Shown piece by piece: positions 1-8,997 of a DNA stretch of 64,000 bases. A program made the position numbers and the translations under genes. Numbering within the stretch: the first letter of the stretch is position 1; every line of letters starts with the position of its first letter. Source of the DNA: Candidatus Latescibacterota bacterium (GTDB taxonomy: Bacteria; Latescibacterota; UBA2968; GCA-2709665); NCBI GenBank assembly GCA_965205485.1, contig OZ242180.1, positions 3,136,001 through 3,200,000 on the forward strand, in the 5' to 3' direction. Below the pieces are notes generated by a model. That model worked only from the letters and a program-made list of their open reading frames with translations. It was not told the DNA's origin and made no database searches.

Positions 1-774
1 TCCGGGATGGAGCTTTCGGTTCGGTTTGTTGCCCGGCGGACACCATTCGTCTTCGGGCAGATTATCGACCCGGGTTGCCGCGACCTTCGGATCGAAGTCC
101 GCGATGTCGCCGTATGAGGAGTGTACAAGATACGCGGGATGGACGTCGGCAAACCGTTTCAGGATAGACGCTGCGCTCGACGCGTAGTCCCGTATTCCGG
201 TCAGCGCGTAGGCCAGCGCCAGGTCTTCGGCCGTGTTCGCCGCGTGCCGGCACTGGTGTATGCGGGCATGCCCGGAAAAGCTGGAGTGGATGGCCGCGTA
301 TCCGTATGCCTGCCACGACTTCCCGCCATATAGTGTGACATTCTGCCCGGGGTCGAAGCGGCTGGCGAAGACCACGTCTTCCGGATATTCGTCGTTTGGA
401 TATACGGTGCGGCAACCCTTGCAGCGGATGTGCTCCGGATCGTCCGGATACCAGTCGTAGGCGCCGTGCATTGGCGCGAACTCGCACTTCGGACACATGG
501 TAAAATGGGGCGAGAAAGGGGTCGTCGACGGCACATAGGTACGCACCCACTCCCCGGAAACCGTCCCCGCAGATTCGACTCTAACCAGAAGGGTCTCCAG
601 CGCCTTTCGTGCCCACGTGTGGTCGGAGACGTTTTCCCTGGCGCGGTCGATATCGCTCCGTGAGAAGATGGTCGCGGGATGCTCGACGTGAGACCGGTAT
701 CGTTCCCATCGGCCGGGGTCCAGCATCTCCGCGATATCGAATTCACCATGCCAGGTTTCCAGCCAGGGATACAT
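1..774 (-). CDS. Heparinase II/III-like (alginate-lyase-type helical domain) protein, N-terminal part; runs off the window start
   Basis: Not in the ORF track; translated by hand from ATG 774, open to base 1: MYPWLETWHGEF...HPATIFSRSDIDRARENV...CPKC...IRCKGCRTVYPNDEY...LALAYALTG.RDYA..AASILKRFADVHP. It parallels the N-terminus of 17024..19993. Confidence 0.7.
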   Translation of the reverse strand, partial: MYPWLETWHGEFDIAEMLDPGRWERYRSHVEHPATIFSRSDIDRARENVSDHTWARKALETLLVRVESAGTVSGEWVRTYVPSTTPFSPHFTMCPKCEFAPMHGAYDWYPDDPEHIRCKGCRTVYPNDEYPEDVVFASRFDPGQNVTLYGGKSWQAYGYAAIHSSFSGHARIHQCRHAANTAEDLALAYALTGIRDYASSAASILKRFADVHPAYLVHSSYGDIADFDPKVAATRVDNLPEDEWCPPGNKPNRKLHPG

Positions 775-886
775 TGTCCACGAATCTCCCGGTTCCAAAT
801 GCAGAGGATTGAATAGCGCCGTTTTGCAGGTGCTGACGACTCAGCTTCCCGGGTTCGGCGGCGGGAAAATTACGCGATGTTCGACG

Positions 887-2584
887 TTACGTCCGGCCGG
901 CATCTGGTCTGAACCGGATTCCGGGGCGCGCCGGTCCGCCTGCTACGGCAACTGGGGACCCGTCGGCGCGCCAGCACGCGGCGCCCGAGATAGTCCCGGT
1001 GGTGTGATCGTAGGTGACGCCGTTCATCCCTCCGGCAACGGTGTTGACTTCGCGTACGTCGTGACCGCGGGCGGTGAGCCGGGTTCTTACCTCGCGGGGA
1101 ATGACGGGTTCGATTTCCAGCTCCTGGCCCTGGGTCCATACCCTGGGAGCTTCAACCGCTTCCTGCAGGGTCATTCCGTGGTCGACAAGGTTGACGATAG
1201 CCTGCAGTACGGCGGGAAAGATGCGTACGCCGCCGGGGGTGCCCAACGCGAAACAGGGCTCGCCGTTTCTGGTTGCAATGGTGGGCGCGTTGCTGCTGAG
1301 CATACGCCGGTTGGGTCCGACCGAGTTGGCCGTACCTGGGTGAGGGTCGAAGAGGGCCATATTGTTGTTCAGGAACAGGCCGGTTCCCGGGGCAATGGCC
1401 TTGCAGCCGAATGCTTCATTGATGGTCTGGGTCATGGAGGCCACATTGCCGGCCGCGTCCGCGGCGGTCACATGGGTGGTACACGCGGATTCGGCTGAGG
1501 GCGGAATGCCCGCGTCGACACGGGCCGCTACCGCCAGGTTGATCTCCTCGCGTCGCTGAGCTCCATAGGTTTTCGATGTAAGCCACTCGACCGGCACTTC
1601 GACATGTCGGGGGTCGCCCATGTGTTTCGTTCGATCGGCAAAGGCGATCTTGAAGCATTCGGCCAGGACGTGGATGCTTTCCGCTGTCCCGAATCCGAGA
1701 TCCGCGACGTCGAATCCCTCCATCAGATTGAGGATCTGAAGCAGGTGTACGCCGCCGGAGCAGGGAGGCGACGGCACAGAGAGTTCGTATCCACGGTAGG
1801 TTCCTCTGACCGCGCTGCGCCGCACGGCGCGATAGGCGGCCAGATCTTCCATGGTAAGGACGCCGCCGCTTTCCTGGATGTGACCGACGATTCTCTTTCC
1901 AAGCGGGCCGCAATAGAGTACGTCGGGACCTCCATCGGCGATGTCCCGCAGGGACGCGGCGAGATCGGGCTGAACAAGCCGGGTGCCCGGCGCAATGGGC
2001 CGCCCTTTGGGCAGAAAAATGCGGGCTGTTTCGGGGAATTGGCTTAGATGCCGCTCATTCTGCGCCACGGATTCGGCCAGATACCCGGTGGCGGGAAATC
2101 CGTTCTCGGCAACCTGGATCGCGGGCTGAATGGCGGTCTTCAGGTCCAGTTCGCCCCAGCGCCGGAGCGCCTCGCACCATCCCTTCAGCGCGCCGGGAAC
2201 TCCGATGGCCAGCGGGCCGATTTTGTTGGCGTCGTTTTCGGCCCGCATGTAGTCCGGCCACGTGTCGGAAACGGGCGCATACATGCCCGGCTTTGCCGCG
2301 GCAGGGGCGCAGGCATACGTGTCCAGAATGACGGGCGTGCCGTCGGCGAGGCGGATGTTGATCCAGCCCGCGCCGAAGAGGCCTACCATTTGTGGCTCGA
2401 CGACGTTGAGGGCGAAGAGCGCGGCCACCGCGGCGTCGATGGCGTTCCCGCCCAGAGCAAACATCTGTGCGCCCGCGGCGGAGCCAATCGGATGATTGGC
2501 GGCAACCACGCCGCGCGATCCGGCTGCCGGCTGCTTCCGGGGCTCAAAGGGTGCGGCGGCTCTGTTGCGCCAGTTTGAGGGCAT
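887..2584 (-). CDS. ggt: Gamma-glutamyltransferase
   Basis: GGNAIDAAVA, EPQMVGLFGAG, IGVPGALKG, autocleavage CTTHVT, LNNNMALF, RMLSSNAP, GTPGG; no signal peptide. Confidence 0.95.
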   Translation of the reverse strand: MPSNWRNRAAAPFEPRKQPAAGSRGVVAANHPIGSAAGAQMFALGGNAIDAAVAALFALNVVEPQMVGLFGAGWINIRLADGTPVILDTYACAPAAAKPGMYAPVSDTWPDYMRAENDANKIGPLAIGVPGALKGWCEALRRWGELDLKTAIQPAIQVAENGFPATGYLAESVAQNERHLSQFPETARIFLPKGRPIAPGTRLVQPDLAASLRDIADGGPDVLYCGPLGKRIVGHIQESGGVLTMEDLAAYRAVRRSAVRGTYRGYELSVPSPPCSGGVHLLQILNLMEGFDVADLGFGTAESIHVLAECFKIAFADRTKHMGDPRHVEVPVEWLTSKTYGAQRREEINLAVAARVDAGIPPSAESACTTHVTAADAAGNVASMTQTINEAFGCKAIAPGTGLFLNNNMALFDPHPGTANSVGPNRRMLSSNAPTIATRNGEPCFALGTPGGVRIFPAVLQAIVNLVDHGMTLQEAVEAPRVWTQGQELEIEPVIPREVRTRLTARGHDVREVNTVAGGMNGVTYDHTTGTISGAACWRADGSPVAVAGGPARPGIRFRPDAGRT

Positions 2585-2663
2585 GTCGATGGTGCAGTCA
2601 GGAGTTAACGGCTATCGGGATGGGTGTTCTCACGGGCACTTCGGAGTCCGGGCTGGAGAAGTG

Positions 2664-3998
2664 TCAGGCCTGGAGTTGACGGGCCAGCGACAGAAAGGTC
2701 TGCCGGGCCGACGCGTTGAGTCCTTCGGCGAAGGGACCCGGACCGGTGGTGGTGTATGTGTTGGCGCGGTCGACTTCGTACCCTCCTTCGGGCAGAAGTT
2801 CGTCGGTAGGAAGATAACCGCGTCCTTCCTGGCAGTAGCCCCACGCGATCAGGTTCGGGTCGTTCAGCCATGCTCTCACGAGGCCAAGCCATTCGGCAAG
2901 GACCTCTCCCGCGATCCAGGCGATCCGGCGCTCCTCTGCAAGGCGTATCAGACCCACGGGCCAGGGTACCGCCTTCACCGGTGGAATACCGCTTTCGAGC
3001 CGCTCGACCCAGTAGCCGCCAAGATTCCGGCTGAGTTCGTCGTCCGAAGTAGACAGCGATCGCCAGTGGTCCGCGGGGGGTATTCTTCTCTGGTCCCGCG
3101 GGGCGAGGAATCGACCCTGAGCGGCGGCGATATCCAGATCCAACCTCGTGCCTGCGCTACGAAGCGACCGGACAACGTCGCCCGCGAGTTCCGTTCCCGC
3201 GGTCACCGGGTCGGCGGGCGTCGACTTACGGAATCTGCCATGGGTCAGATCAGCCAGGACACGGGGTCTGATGTTCCCTGCGAGGCCCTGGATGAACTGA
3301 CAATGCACGTTTGTGCCGAGTTCGGATCGAAGCGTATTGCGGCAGACACCCGGAAAGTCGGCAGAGATGCCGTCCCACGCGTATCCGTAGACGATGACCG
3401 GGTGACATCCGTAGCTGAAAATTACGCACCGGTCGCCGCCGTCCAGCGCGGAAACGTCGATCAGCCACAGGTCCGGGTTGTGCGCCCCGTCCGGATCCGG
3501 ACCCATTCCCGTCTCTCCGGACGGGCCCTTTCTTCGGCGGTTGATACCTACCTTCGACGCGCCCCGGTGTTCGGTCACCGTAACCGGTTGCAGGTTTTCC
3601 ACTGCCGCGAGCGCGACGTGGATGATGTTTCGGCACAGGGACTCGTCGTACGCGTGGAGTTCGGGCGGTTTGGACAGGGGGGTGGCGTAGCCCTCGAAGC
3701 CGCCCATAGGGCCGCTGTGGGTGTGGGAATAATTCAGGATTACGGCTTCGATGGGAATGCCGGTGAGTGCGGAGAGGTCATATCTGAGAGGTTCAGCGAT
3801 CACCGGCGACAGCCCCACGAGGTCCACGGAGATCCAGAGTGTCCGGTTGCCCCTGGAATCTTCCATTACAATGGCCTGTGCAATGAGGGGATCCAGGATT
3901 TCTCTTCCGGGTGTGAAGCGGGGACCGCGCCCTCCCATGGGCAATCCGAGCGGCGGGGTGGTTTCTATCTCCGCCCAACCGGCTCTGGCGGTTGTCAT
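2664..3998 (-). CDS. Neutral/alkaline ceramidase-like hydrolase family protein
   Basis: LDPLIAQAIV, SHTHSGP, INRR, YGCHPV, ISADFPG, QGLAGN, YLPT...EGGYE motifs. Confidence 0.8.
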   Translation of the reverse strand: MTTARAGWAEIETTPPLGLPMGGRGPRFTPGREILDPLIAQAIVMEDSRGNRTLWISVDLVGLSPVIAEPLRYDLSALTGIPIEAVILNYSHTHSGPMGGFEGYATPLSKPPELHAYDESLCRNIIHVALAAVENLQPVTVTEHRGASKVGINRRRKGPSGETGMGPDPDGAHNPDLWLIDVSALDGGDRCVIFSYGCHPVIVYGYAWDGISADFPGVCRNTLRSELGTNVHCQFIQGLAGNIRPRVLADLTHGRFRKSTPADPVTAGTELAGDVVRSLRSAGTRLDLDIAAAQGRFLAPRDQRRIPPADHWRSLSTSDDELSRNLGGYWVERLESGIPPVKAVPWPVGLIRLAEERRIAWIAGEVLAEWLGLVRAWLNDPNLIAWGYCQEGRGYLPTDELLPEGGYEVDRANTYTTTGPGPFAEGLNASARQTFLSLARQLQA

Positions 3999-4047
3999 AG
4001 CGTACTCCGTGGGTCTGCTGGTCAGTTGCGGAATTCGCAGGTCGGCT

Positions 4048-5142
4048 TCAGGCTATGCGGTACCGTTTGACTTTGTCGTGGTCCAGGCTTACCCCCAATC
4101 CGGGTCCGGGGGGCGGCAGAAGGTGACCGTCCTCGATGCGAAGGGTTTCGACGATGACGTCGTCCGCGTGATAGACAAAGCCGTTTACGTCGCTGGCATA
4201 ACCCAGGTTTCGCATGGCAAACGCGAGGTGGGCCTGTGCGGAAGTCCCAACGCCGAGCTCAGGCATGCTGCCGATGATGCAGGGCAGGCGGGCTGCTTCG
4301 GCAATGGCGAAGATCTGCGCAGCGGGAAAGATGCCCCCGGCTTCGGCCACGTAAACATTGAAGACGTCCACCGCACCGGCCTTGATGCAGACCATGGCGT
4401 CTGTCGGCGTCCAGACACTCTCGTCGGCCATAATGGGCGTATCCACGTGATCCCTGATGTGCCGGAGGCCCTCCAGATCGCTGAAGTGAAGGGGTTGTTC
4501 CACCAGTTCGAGCCGGTAGGGTTCGAGGGATTTGATGTTGCGCACGGCCTCCTTGGCATTGCGCCAGCCCATGTTGGCGTCCACGCGCAGTACGACGTCG
4601 TTCCCCACACGATTACGGACGGCCTCGACGGTGGCAAGATCGGCGTCTGCATCCATGCCGATTTTTGCCTTCAACGTCTTATACCCCTGCCCGGCGAGAG
4701 AAGCCGCCTGCTCGGCGATCTGTTCCGGTTCGCCCATGGAAAGGGAGTGGCTGAGCAGAACGCGGTCCCGGACCAGGCCGCCCAGCAGATTGTAGACCGG
4801 GGTGTTCAGCGCCTTGCCGACGATGTCGTACAGGGCCATGTCCACGCCGGCCTTCGCGGGTTCGGAGCGGTGCAGCAGGCTGTTCATCAGACCGTGGATT
4901 TCCGCGATGCGGAACGGGTCCCGGCCTGACAGCGCGTCCGCCAGAAGATCATTGATGTCTTCGGCCTGACCCCGGCCCTTGCGGTCCCAGATGCTGCAGA
5001 CTTCGCCGATCCCCGTAATGCCTTCGTCGGTCCGGATTTCGACAATCGCGTTTTCCGTCTCCTGGCTGCGCCCAAGACTGCTGGTAAAAGGCTGCGGGCG
5101 CGGTACGCGGATCGGGGTGGCCTCGACGTGGGTAATCTTCAA
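4048..5142 (-). CDS. Enolase superfamily enzyme (mandelate racemase/muconate lactonizing type)
   Basis: TDEGITGIGE, DMALYD..GK, KxK (LKAKIG), DANMGW, EQP, ADES, PGPGLGV. Confidence 0.92.
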   Translation of the reverse strand: MKITHVEATPIRVPRPQPFTSSLGRSQETENAIVEIRTDEGITGIGEVCSIWDRKGRGQAEDINDLLADALSGRDPFRIAEIHGLMNSLLHRSEPAKAGVDMALYDIVGKALNTPVYNLLGGLVRDRVLLSHSLSMGEPEQIAEQAASLAGQGYKTLKAKIGMDADADLATVEAVRNRVGNDVVLRVDANMGWRNAKEAVRNIKSLEPYRLELVEQPLHFSDLEGLRHIRDHVDTPIMADESVWTPTDAMVCIKAGAVDVFNVYVAEAGGIFPAAQIFAIAEAARLPCIIGSMPELGVGTSAQAHLAFAMRNLGYASDVNGFVYHADDVIVETLRIEDGHLLPPPGPGLGVSLDHDKVKRYRIA

Positions 5143-5231
5143 TCCGTACTCCTTTCAATGGCTCGACACCGTCCGTGTCTTGCAGGTTGTTGCGGTTGCA
5201 AACGAGGTGTTCCGTCGCCGTCTTGGCGGGT

Positions 5232-6794
5232 TCATTCGTACGGATCGAAAAACGTCAGATCCGCGCCGAAGTTTTCCATTGCCGATACTTCGTCTCCCCG
5301 CAGTCTGACACGTATCTGCCGGGTACGGTGATGCAGGACGATTTCCCGTTCGACGAGCGGGAACTCGAACGTGATCGGACGGTTGAGCGGGGGCCGGGCG
5401 AGGTAGAGATATCCGTTCGCCTCGCGCGGCGCATCCCGCGCGCCCTGGATGCTGATCCTTGATGCATCCATCCATGAAGGGACCCGCACCCACAGCGGTC
5501 CGGCGCGCTTGACGCGCACCCGAAGCGCCGGATGCGTATAGGGCGATTCAATTTTCACGGACGGGGTTTCGTGGTCGAAGAGCAGGTTTACACGGTGGCC
5601 CGCTTGGTCGCTGAACGCCACCGCCCGGTATGCTTCGCAGAGTGAGCCCACCCCGCCCCCGACGATATCCATGTTGAAGCTAACGTATTCCATACCGACC
5701 GGGCGGTGGCCGTAGGGTGCCGGAAAGCCGAAAGCGCCCAGGTGCCGGTTGGCGACGTCCCGTTTACCGTCATCTCGTTCGGGGTTGGGCGGATCGTCGA
5801 TAAATGAATTGTCGCGCAGTTGGGACGGCAGAATGTGGCACCGCAGAATGCGTTCGGCGTCGTCATAGTACCCGGTATATCCCCAACGACCGAGGATCAG
5901 CGCGGTTTCGAGAATGTCTCCTGAGTTGTTGATTTCTCCCTTGTCGGCAGGAGCTTCGTCACCGCTGTTCTCGATCACCCAACCGAGCGGATCGCTGATT
6001 TCACGGAGGCCGTTGTCGTAGAAGGCTTTCACACGGTCCATCAGCGGGGCGTCCGACGTCAGTTCGGCCAACTGCGCCAGGGACGACATCACGCACGTGG
6101 TGGAGTGCGTATGCGCCCCGAAGGTCTCGCGGTTGTAGTCGCCGTTTTCATTGAAATAGTCCAGTGCTCTGTCTTTCAGGACGATGGCCAGATCGAGTGC
6201 GGCGCCGTACCCCGTTGCGCTATAGTACTTCACCAGCGGACCGATGGACCGTCCCAGCCCGACCACGAAGGTGGAGCGATGGACCTTGAGTCCGAGTTCG
6301 CCTTCGAGGTAATCGTAGTCCCACCCGGTTACCGGACTCCAGCATTTCGGAATCGTGCGGATACTGGCTTCGGCGATCTCACGGGCGCGTTCGGAATGCC
6401 GGAAACGTACCAGCGGGTACAACGCATGAAATCCTTCCCGGCAGTTATGCGGCGTGAAGTTAACCTGTGTCCCGCCATCTTCGTCCCGGTTGATCGGCAG
6501 CGCAGCCGCGCCCCCGTAAGCGAGAAAGGCGGCGTTGGTGTGGTTGTCGATGCAGCGTTCGTCCAGTTCGATCCCGATGGCGTCTTCGGCGTTGAGCAGG
6601 GCATTGAGATGGCGCCCGGGAACGTGGGACTCGGAATGCATGGGACTGAAGCTCAACCGGGCTTCCGGGAGCACCCTGGAACTGAAGAAGGGGACATTGT
6701 TGTCGTCCGCGTTGAACACGTTGCACATCGTGCGGCAGCCCAGTCGGATGGCGTCGGCGATATCGGTCGTGTTGACGTCCCGGAGTCTGGACAT
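5232..6794 (-). CDS. Hypothetical protein, probably GH127-like (alpha/alpha)6 barrel with C-terminal beta domain
   Basis: Long ORF with AAGGA upstream of ATG 6794; HxHS (AHTHSTT), GEINNSGD, YYDDAERILRCH, NLLFD..T, LWVRVPSW resemble GH127-type proteins. Confidence 0.5.
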   Translation of the reverse strand: MSRLRDVNTTDIADAIRLGCRTMCNVFNADDNNVPFFSSRVLPEARLSFSPMHSESHVPGRHLNALLNAEDAIGIELDERCIDNHTNAAFLAYGGAAALPINRDEDGGTQVNFTPHNCREGFHALYPLVRFRHSERAREIAEASIRTIPKCWSPVTGWDYDYLEGELGLKVHRSTFVVGLGRSIGPLVKYYSATGYGAALDLAIVLKDRALDYFNENGDYNRETFGAHTHSTTCVMSSLAQLAELTSDAPLMDRVKAFYDNGLREISDPLGWVIENSGDEAPADKGEINNSGDILETALILGRWGYTGYYDDAERILRCHILPSQLRDNSFIDDPPNPERDDGKRDVANRHLGAFGFPAPYGHRPVGMEYVSFNMDIVGGGVGSLCEAYRAVAFSDQAGHRVNLLFDHETPSVKIESPYTHPALRVRVKRAGPLWVRVPSWMDASRISIQGARDAPREANGYLYLARPPLNRPITFEFPLVEREIVLHHRTRQIRVRLRGDEVSAMENFGADLTFFDPYE

Positions 6795-7077
6795 CGGGAG
6801 TCCTTTCCTTCGGGTACCGGTGATCGGCATCGGGCGCGTGTCCGACCAGCGGTACTCCGGCGTTTATACGCGGACCGGGCGTTGAGAACGACGGTCAGCG
6901 ACGGCTGTGCGGCATCTAATATATCCATCGGTCGAACGCCCGGCAACTTCCATGCGCAGGGCGGCGCCAGTGGCGGTTTTTACCTTGACATACGAGCGGT
7001 CGTTATTATCTATTCATCTCTTGGGGGCGGACCCCGGGAGTCACCAGACTGAACAGGCAGCGAAAGGGAAGACAGCC

Positions 7078-7956
7078 ATGGAAGATACGATCGGGTTCTT
7101 CGAGAAAAACGGCTACATCGTCGTGCGCGACGCGCTGACGGATGAAGAGGTCGCCCGCGTCAACAGCGGAATCGCCGCGGACCGGGCCGCGCACCCGGAA
7201 TATTGGGAGCCTGCTCCAACGGCATCCGGTCATCTGTCCGTGGGCTGTGACGCGCCCGAGCTTCTCCGCCGGACCGAGGCGCTGGACGGCCTGGTCTGCC
7301 ACCCTTCTGTCGCACCCCTTGCCCGCCGCATCCTGGGTCCGGGCGCCGGGCTGTCCGGCCTGACGTTTCTCAGGCGGGAACCCTGCGACGTCCAGCCCCC
7401 CGAAGATCAGGACGGCGGCGATCCGCTGTGTCTCACGCGCGTGTGGCATCGCGAAGACAGCGGAAACGTGGAAGGCGCGGACCGGAACGACTTTTTCGTG
7501 CCGGCGCTGCAGGTGATCTTCTACATGGATGACGTTGACACGGAGTCCCACTGCTTCAGCATCATTCCGGAAAGCGTCGAAACCAAACGAAATCTGCCGA
7601 AGACGCACACCGGGAGCAGCGGATGGGGCGCGCGGGACAGGCTTCGGATCGACGACGCAGACGTCGGTTACGTCGACCCGGAGCGACCGGTCTGGGTGGA
7701 CGCCTTTGGTAGGGAACTGACCCGGCGTACGGGTCGTGTAGATATTTACGGCCGGGCGGGAACGGCTGTCATGTTCAACAATTGCAGCTATCACTGCGGC
7801 TCCGTCAGACACACCCGGCGTCCACGGCACACGGTGCACGTGCGTTATCGTCAACCGGAGCCCGTCGCCTCACGCCACGCGCTTAAGGCTCCGTGGGAAA
7901 GCGTCGCCCAGTTTTCGGCGGCACTCCCGTCGAGACCCACGATCGGCAAATTGTAG
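7078..7956 (+). CDS. Phytanoyl-CoA dioxygenase (PhyH) family protein, divergent
   Basis: FFEKNGYIVVRDALT.EEV, WHRED, IFYMDDVD, AGTAVMFN..YHCG. Confidence 0.75.
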   Translation: MEDTIGFFEKNGYIVVRDALTDEEVARVNSGIAADRAAHPEYWEPAPTASGHLSVGCDAPELLRRTEALDGLVCHPSVAPLARRILGPGAGLSGLTFLRREPCDVQPPEDQDGGDPLCLTRVWHREDSGNVEGADRNDFFVPALQVIFYMDDVDTESHCFSIIPESVETKRNLPKTHTGSSGWGARDRLRIDDADVGYVDPERPVWVDAFGRELTRRTGRVDIYGRAGTAVMFNNCSYHCGSVRHTRRPRHTVHVRYRQPEPVASRHALKAPWESVAQFSAALPSRPTIGKL

Positions 7957-8008
7957 ACCCGTCCGACGTCAACGTAAGATCGAAGAAGCCCATTGAGAGG
8001 AACGAATC

Positions 8009-8989
8009 ATGTACATAGGTACGCAGGTGGGATGTCGTCATGATACCGATATTGAGGTCTTGTCGCAGTTGGGCGTATACAACGTGGACCAGACGCCGGT
8101 GGAGCCGTGGACCGAATGGTCGGCGGAGATGCTGATCAGCATGCGGGAACGGTTTGACAGGTACGGCATCAATCTCGAGATGATTCACATTCCGCTCAGC
8201 TCGGGCAGCGCGTTCAGTAATCCGGCCGGCGCCGTGTTTCTCGCCCCGAGCGATGAACGGGAACGGCAGATCGACCGGTTGTGCGAAATCGTACGAATGG
8301 CCTCCAGGGCCGGGCTTCGGGGTCTCAACTATAACATAACCATACTGGGTCACCTCCGGACCGAATCCCGTTACGGTCGCGGCGGGTCCCGGCTGTCCTC
8401 TTTTGAATACGCGAAACTCGACCAGTCGCTCGGGGAATTTGAAGGTGGGGCGGCCGACGCCGATACGATGTGGGAACGTATTCAATACTGGCTCGAACGC
8501 GTCATGCCGGTGGCGGATGAGTACCGCATCCAGATGGCCTGTCATCCGTCCGATCCGGGGATCGGCGATGTGACGTACCGTGGCGTCGCTCGTGTTATGG
8601 GGATGGTGGACGGGCTGAAGAGGTTCGTCGAGTTATACGACAGCCCTTACAACGGGCTGAACTTCTGTCTCGGAACGATATCGGAGAGCCTTGAAAACCC
8701 GGGCGAGGAGATTTACGACGTTATCCGCTGGTTCGGCCTGCGAAGGAAGATCTTCAATCTGCATTTCCGAAATATAAGGGGTGGTTTCCGGGACTTTGTG
8801 GAGGTGTTTCCCGACGAAGGGGACGTGGATATGCTCAGAGCGCTGCGCACGTTCGATGAGGTCGGTTATGAATACATGATTATGCCCGATCACGTCCCCG
8901 GTATTTCCGGGGAGGAACCCGCGCAAGTCGCCTTCGCCTACACATACGGTTACATCCACGCCCTCTTGCAGGCGGTCAACGAAACTTGA
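8009..8989 (+). CDS. uxuA: Mannonate dehydratase family protein
   Basis: MACHPSDP, SPYNGLNFCLGT, HFRNIRG..DFVEVFPDEGDVDM, MPDHVP, AYTYGYI. Confidence 0.85.
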   Translation: MYIGTQVGCRHDTDIEVLSQLGVYNVDQTPVEPWTEWSAEMLISMRERFDRYGINLEMIHIPLSSGSAFSNPAGAVFLAPSDERERQIDRLCEIVRMASRAGLRGLNYNITILGHLRTESRYGRGGSRLSSFEYAKLDQSLGEFEGGAADADTMWERIQYWLERVMPVADEYRIQMACHPSDPGIGDVTYRGVARVMGMVDGLKRFVELYDSPYNGLNFCLGTISESLENPGEEIYDVIRWFGLRRKIFNLHFRNIRGGFRDFVEVFPDEGDVDMLRALRTFDEVGYEYMIMPDHVPGISGEEPAQVAFAYTYGYIHALLQAVNET

Positions 8990-8997
8990 GAAGTCAC

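Noticed and set aside
2496..4929. 524-aa and 392-aa plus-strand ORFs
   Set aside because: Antisense to well-supported ceramidase-like and enolase-family genes.
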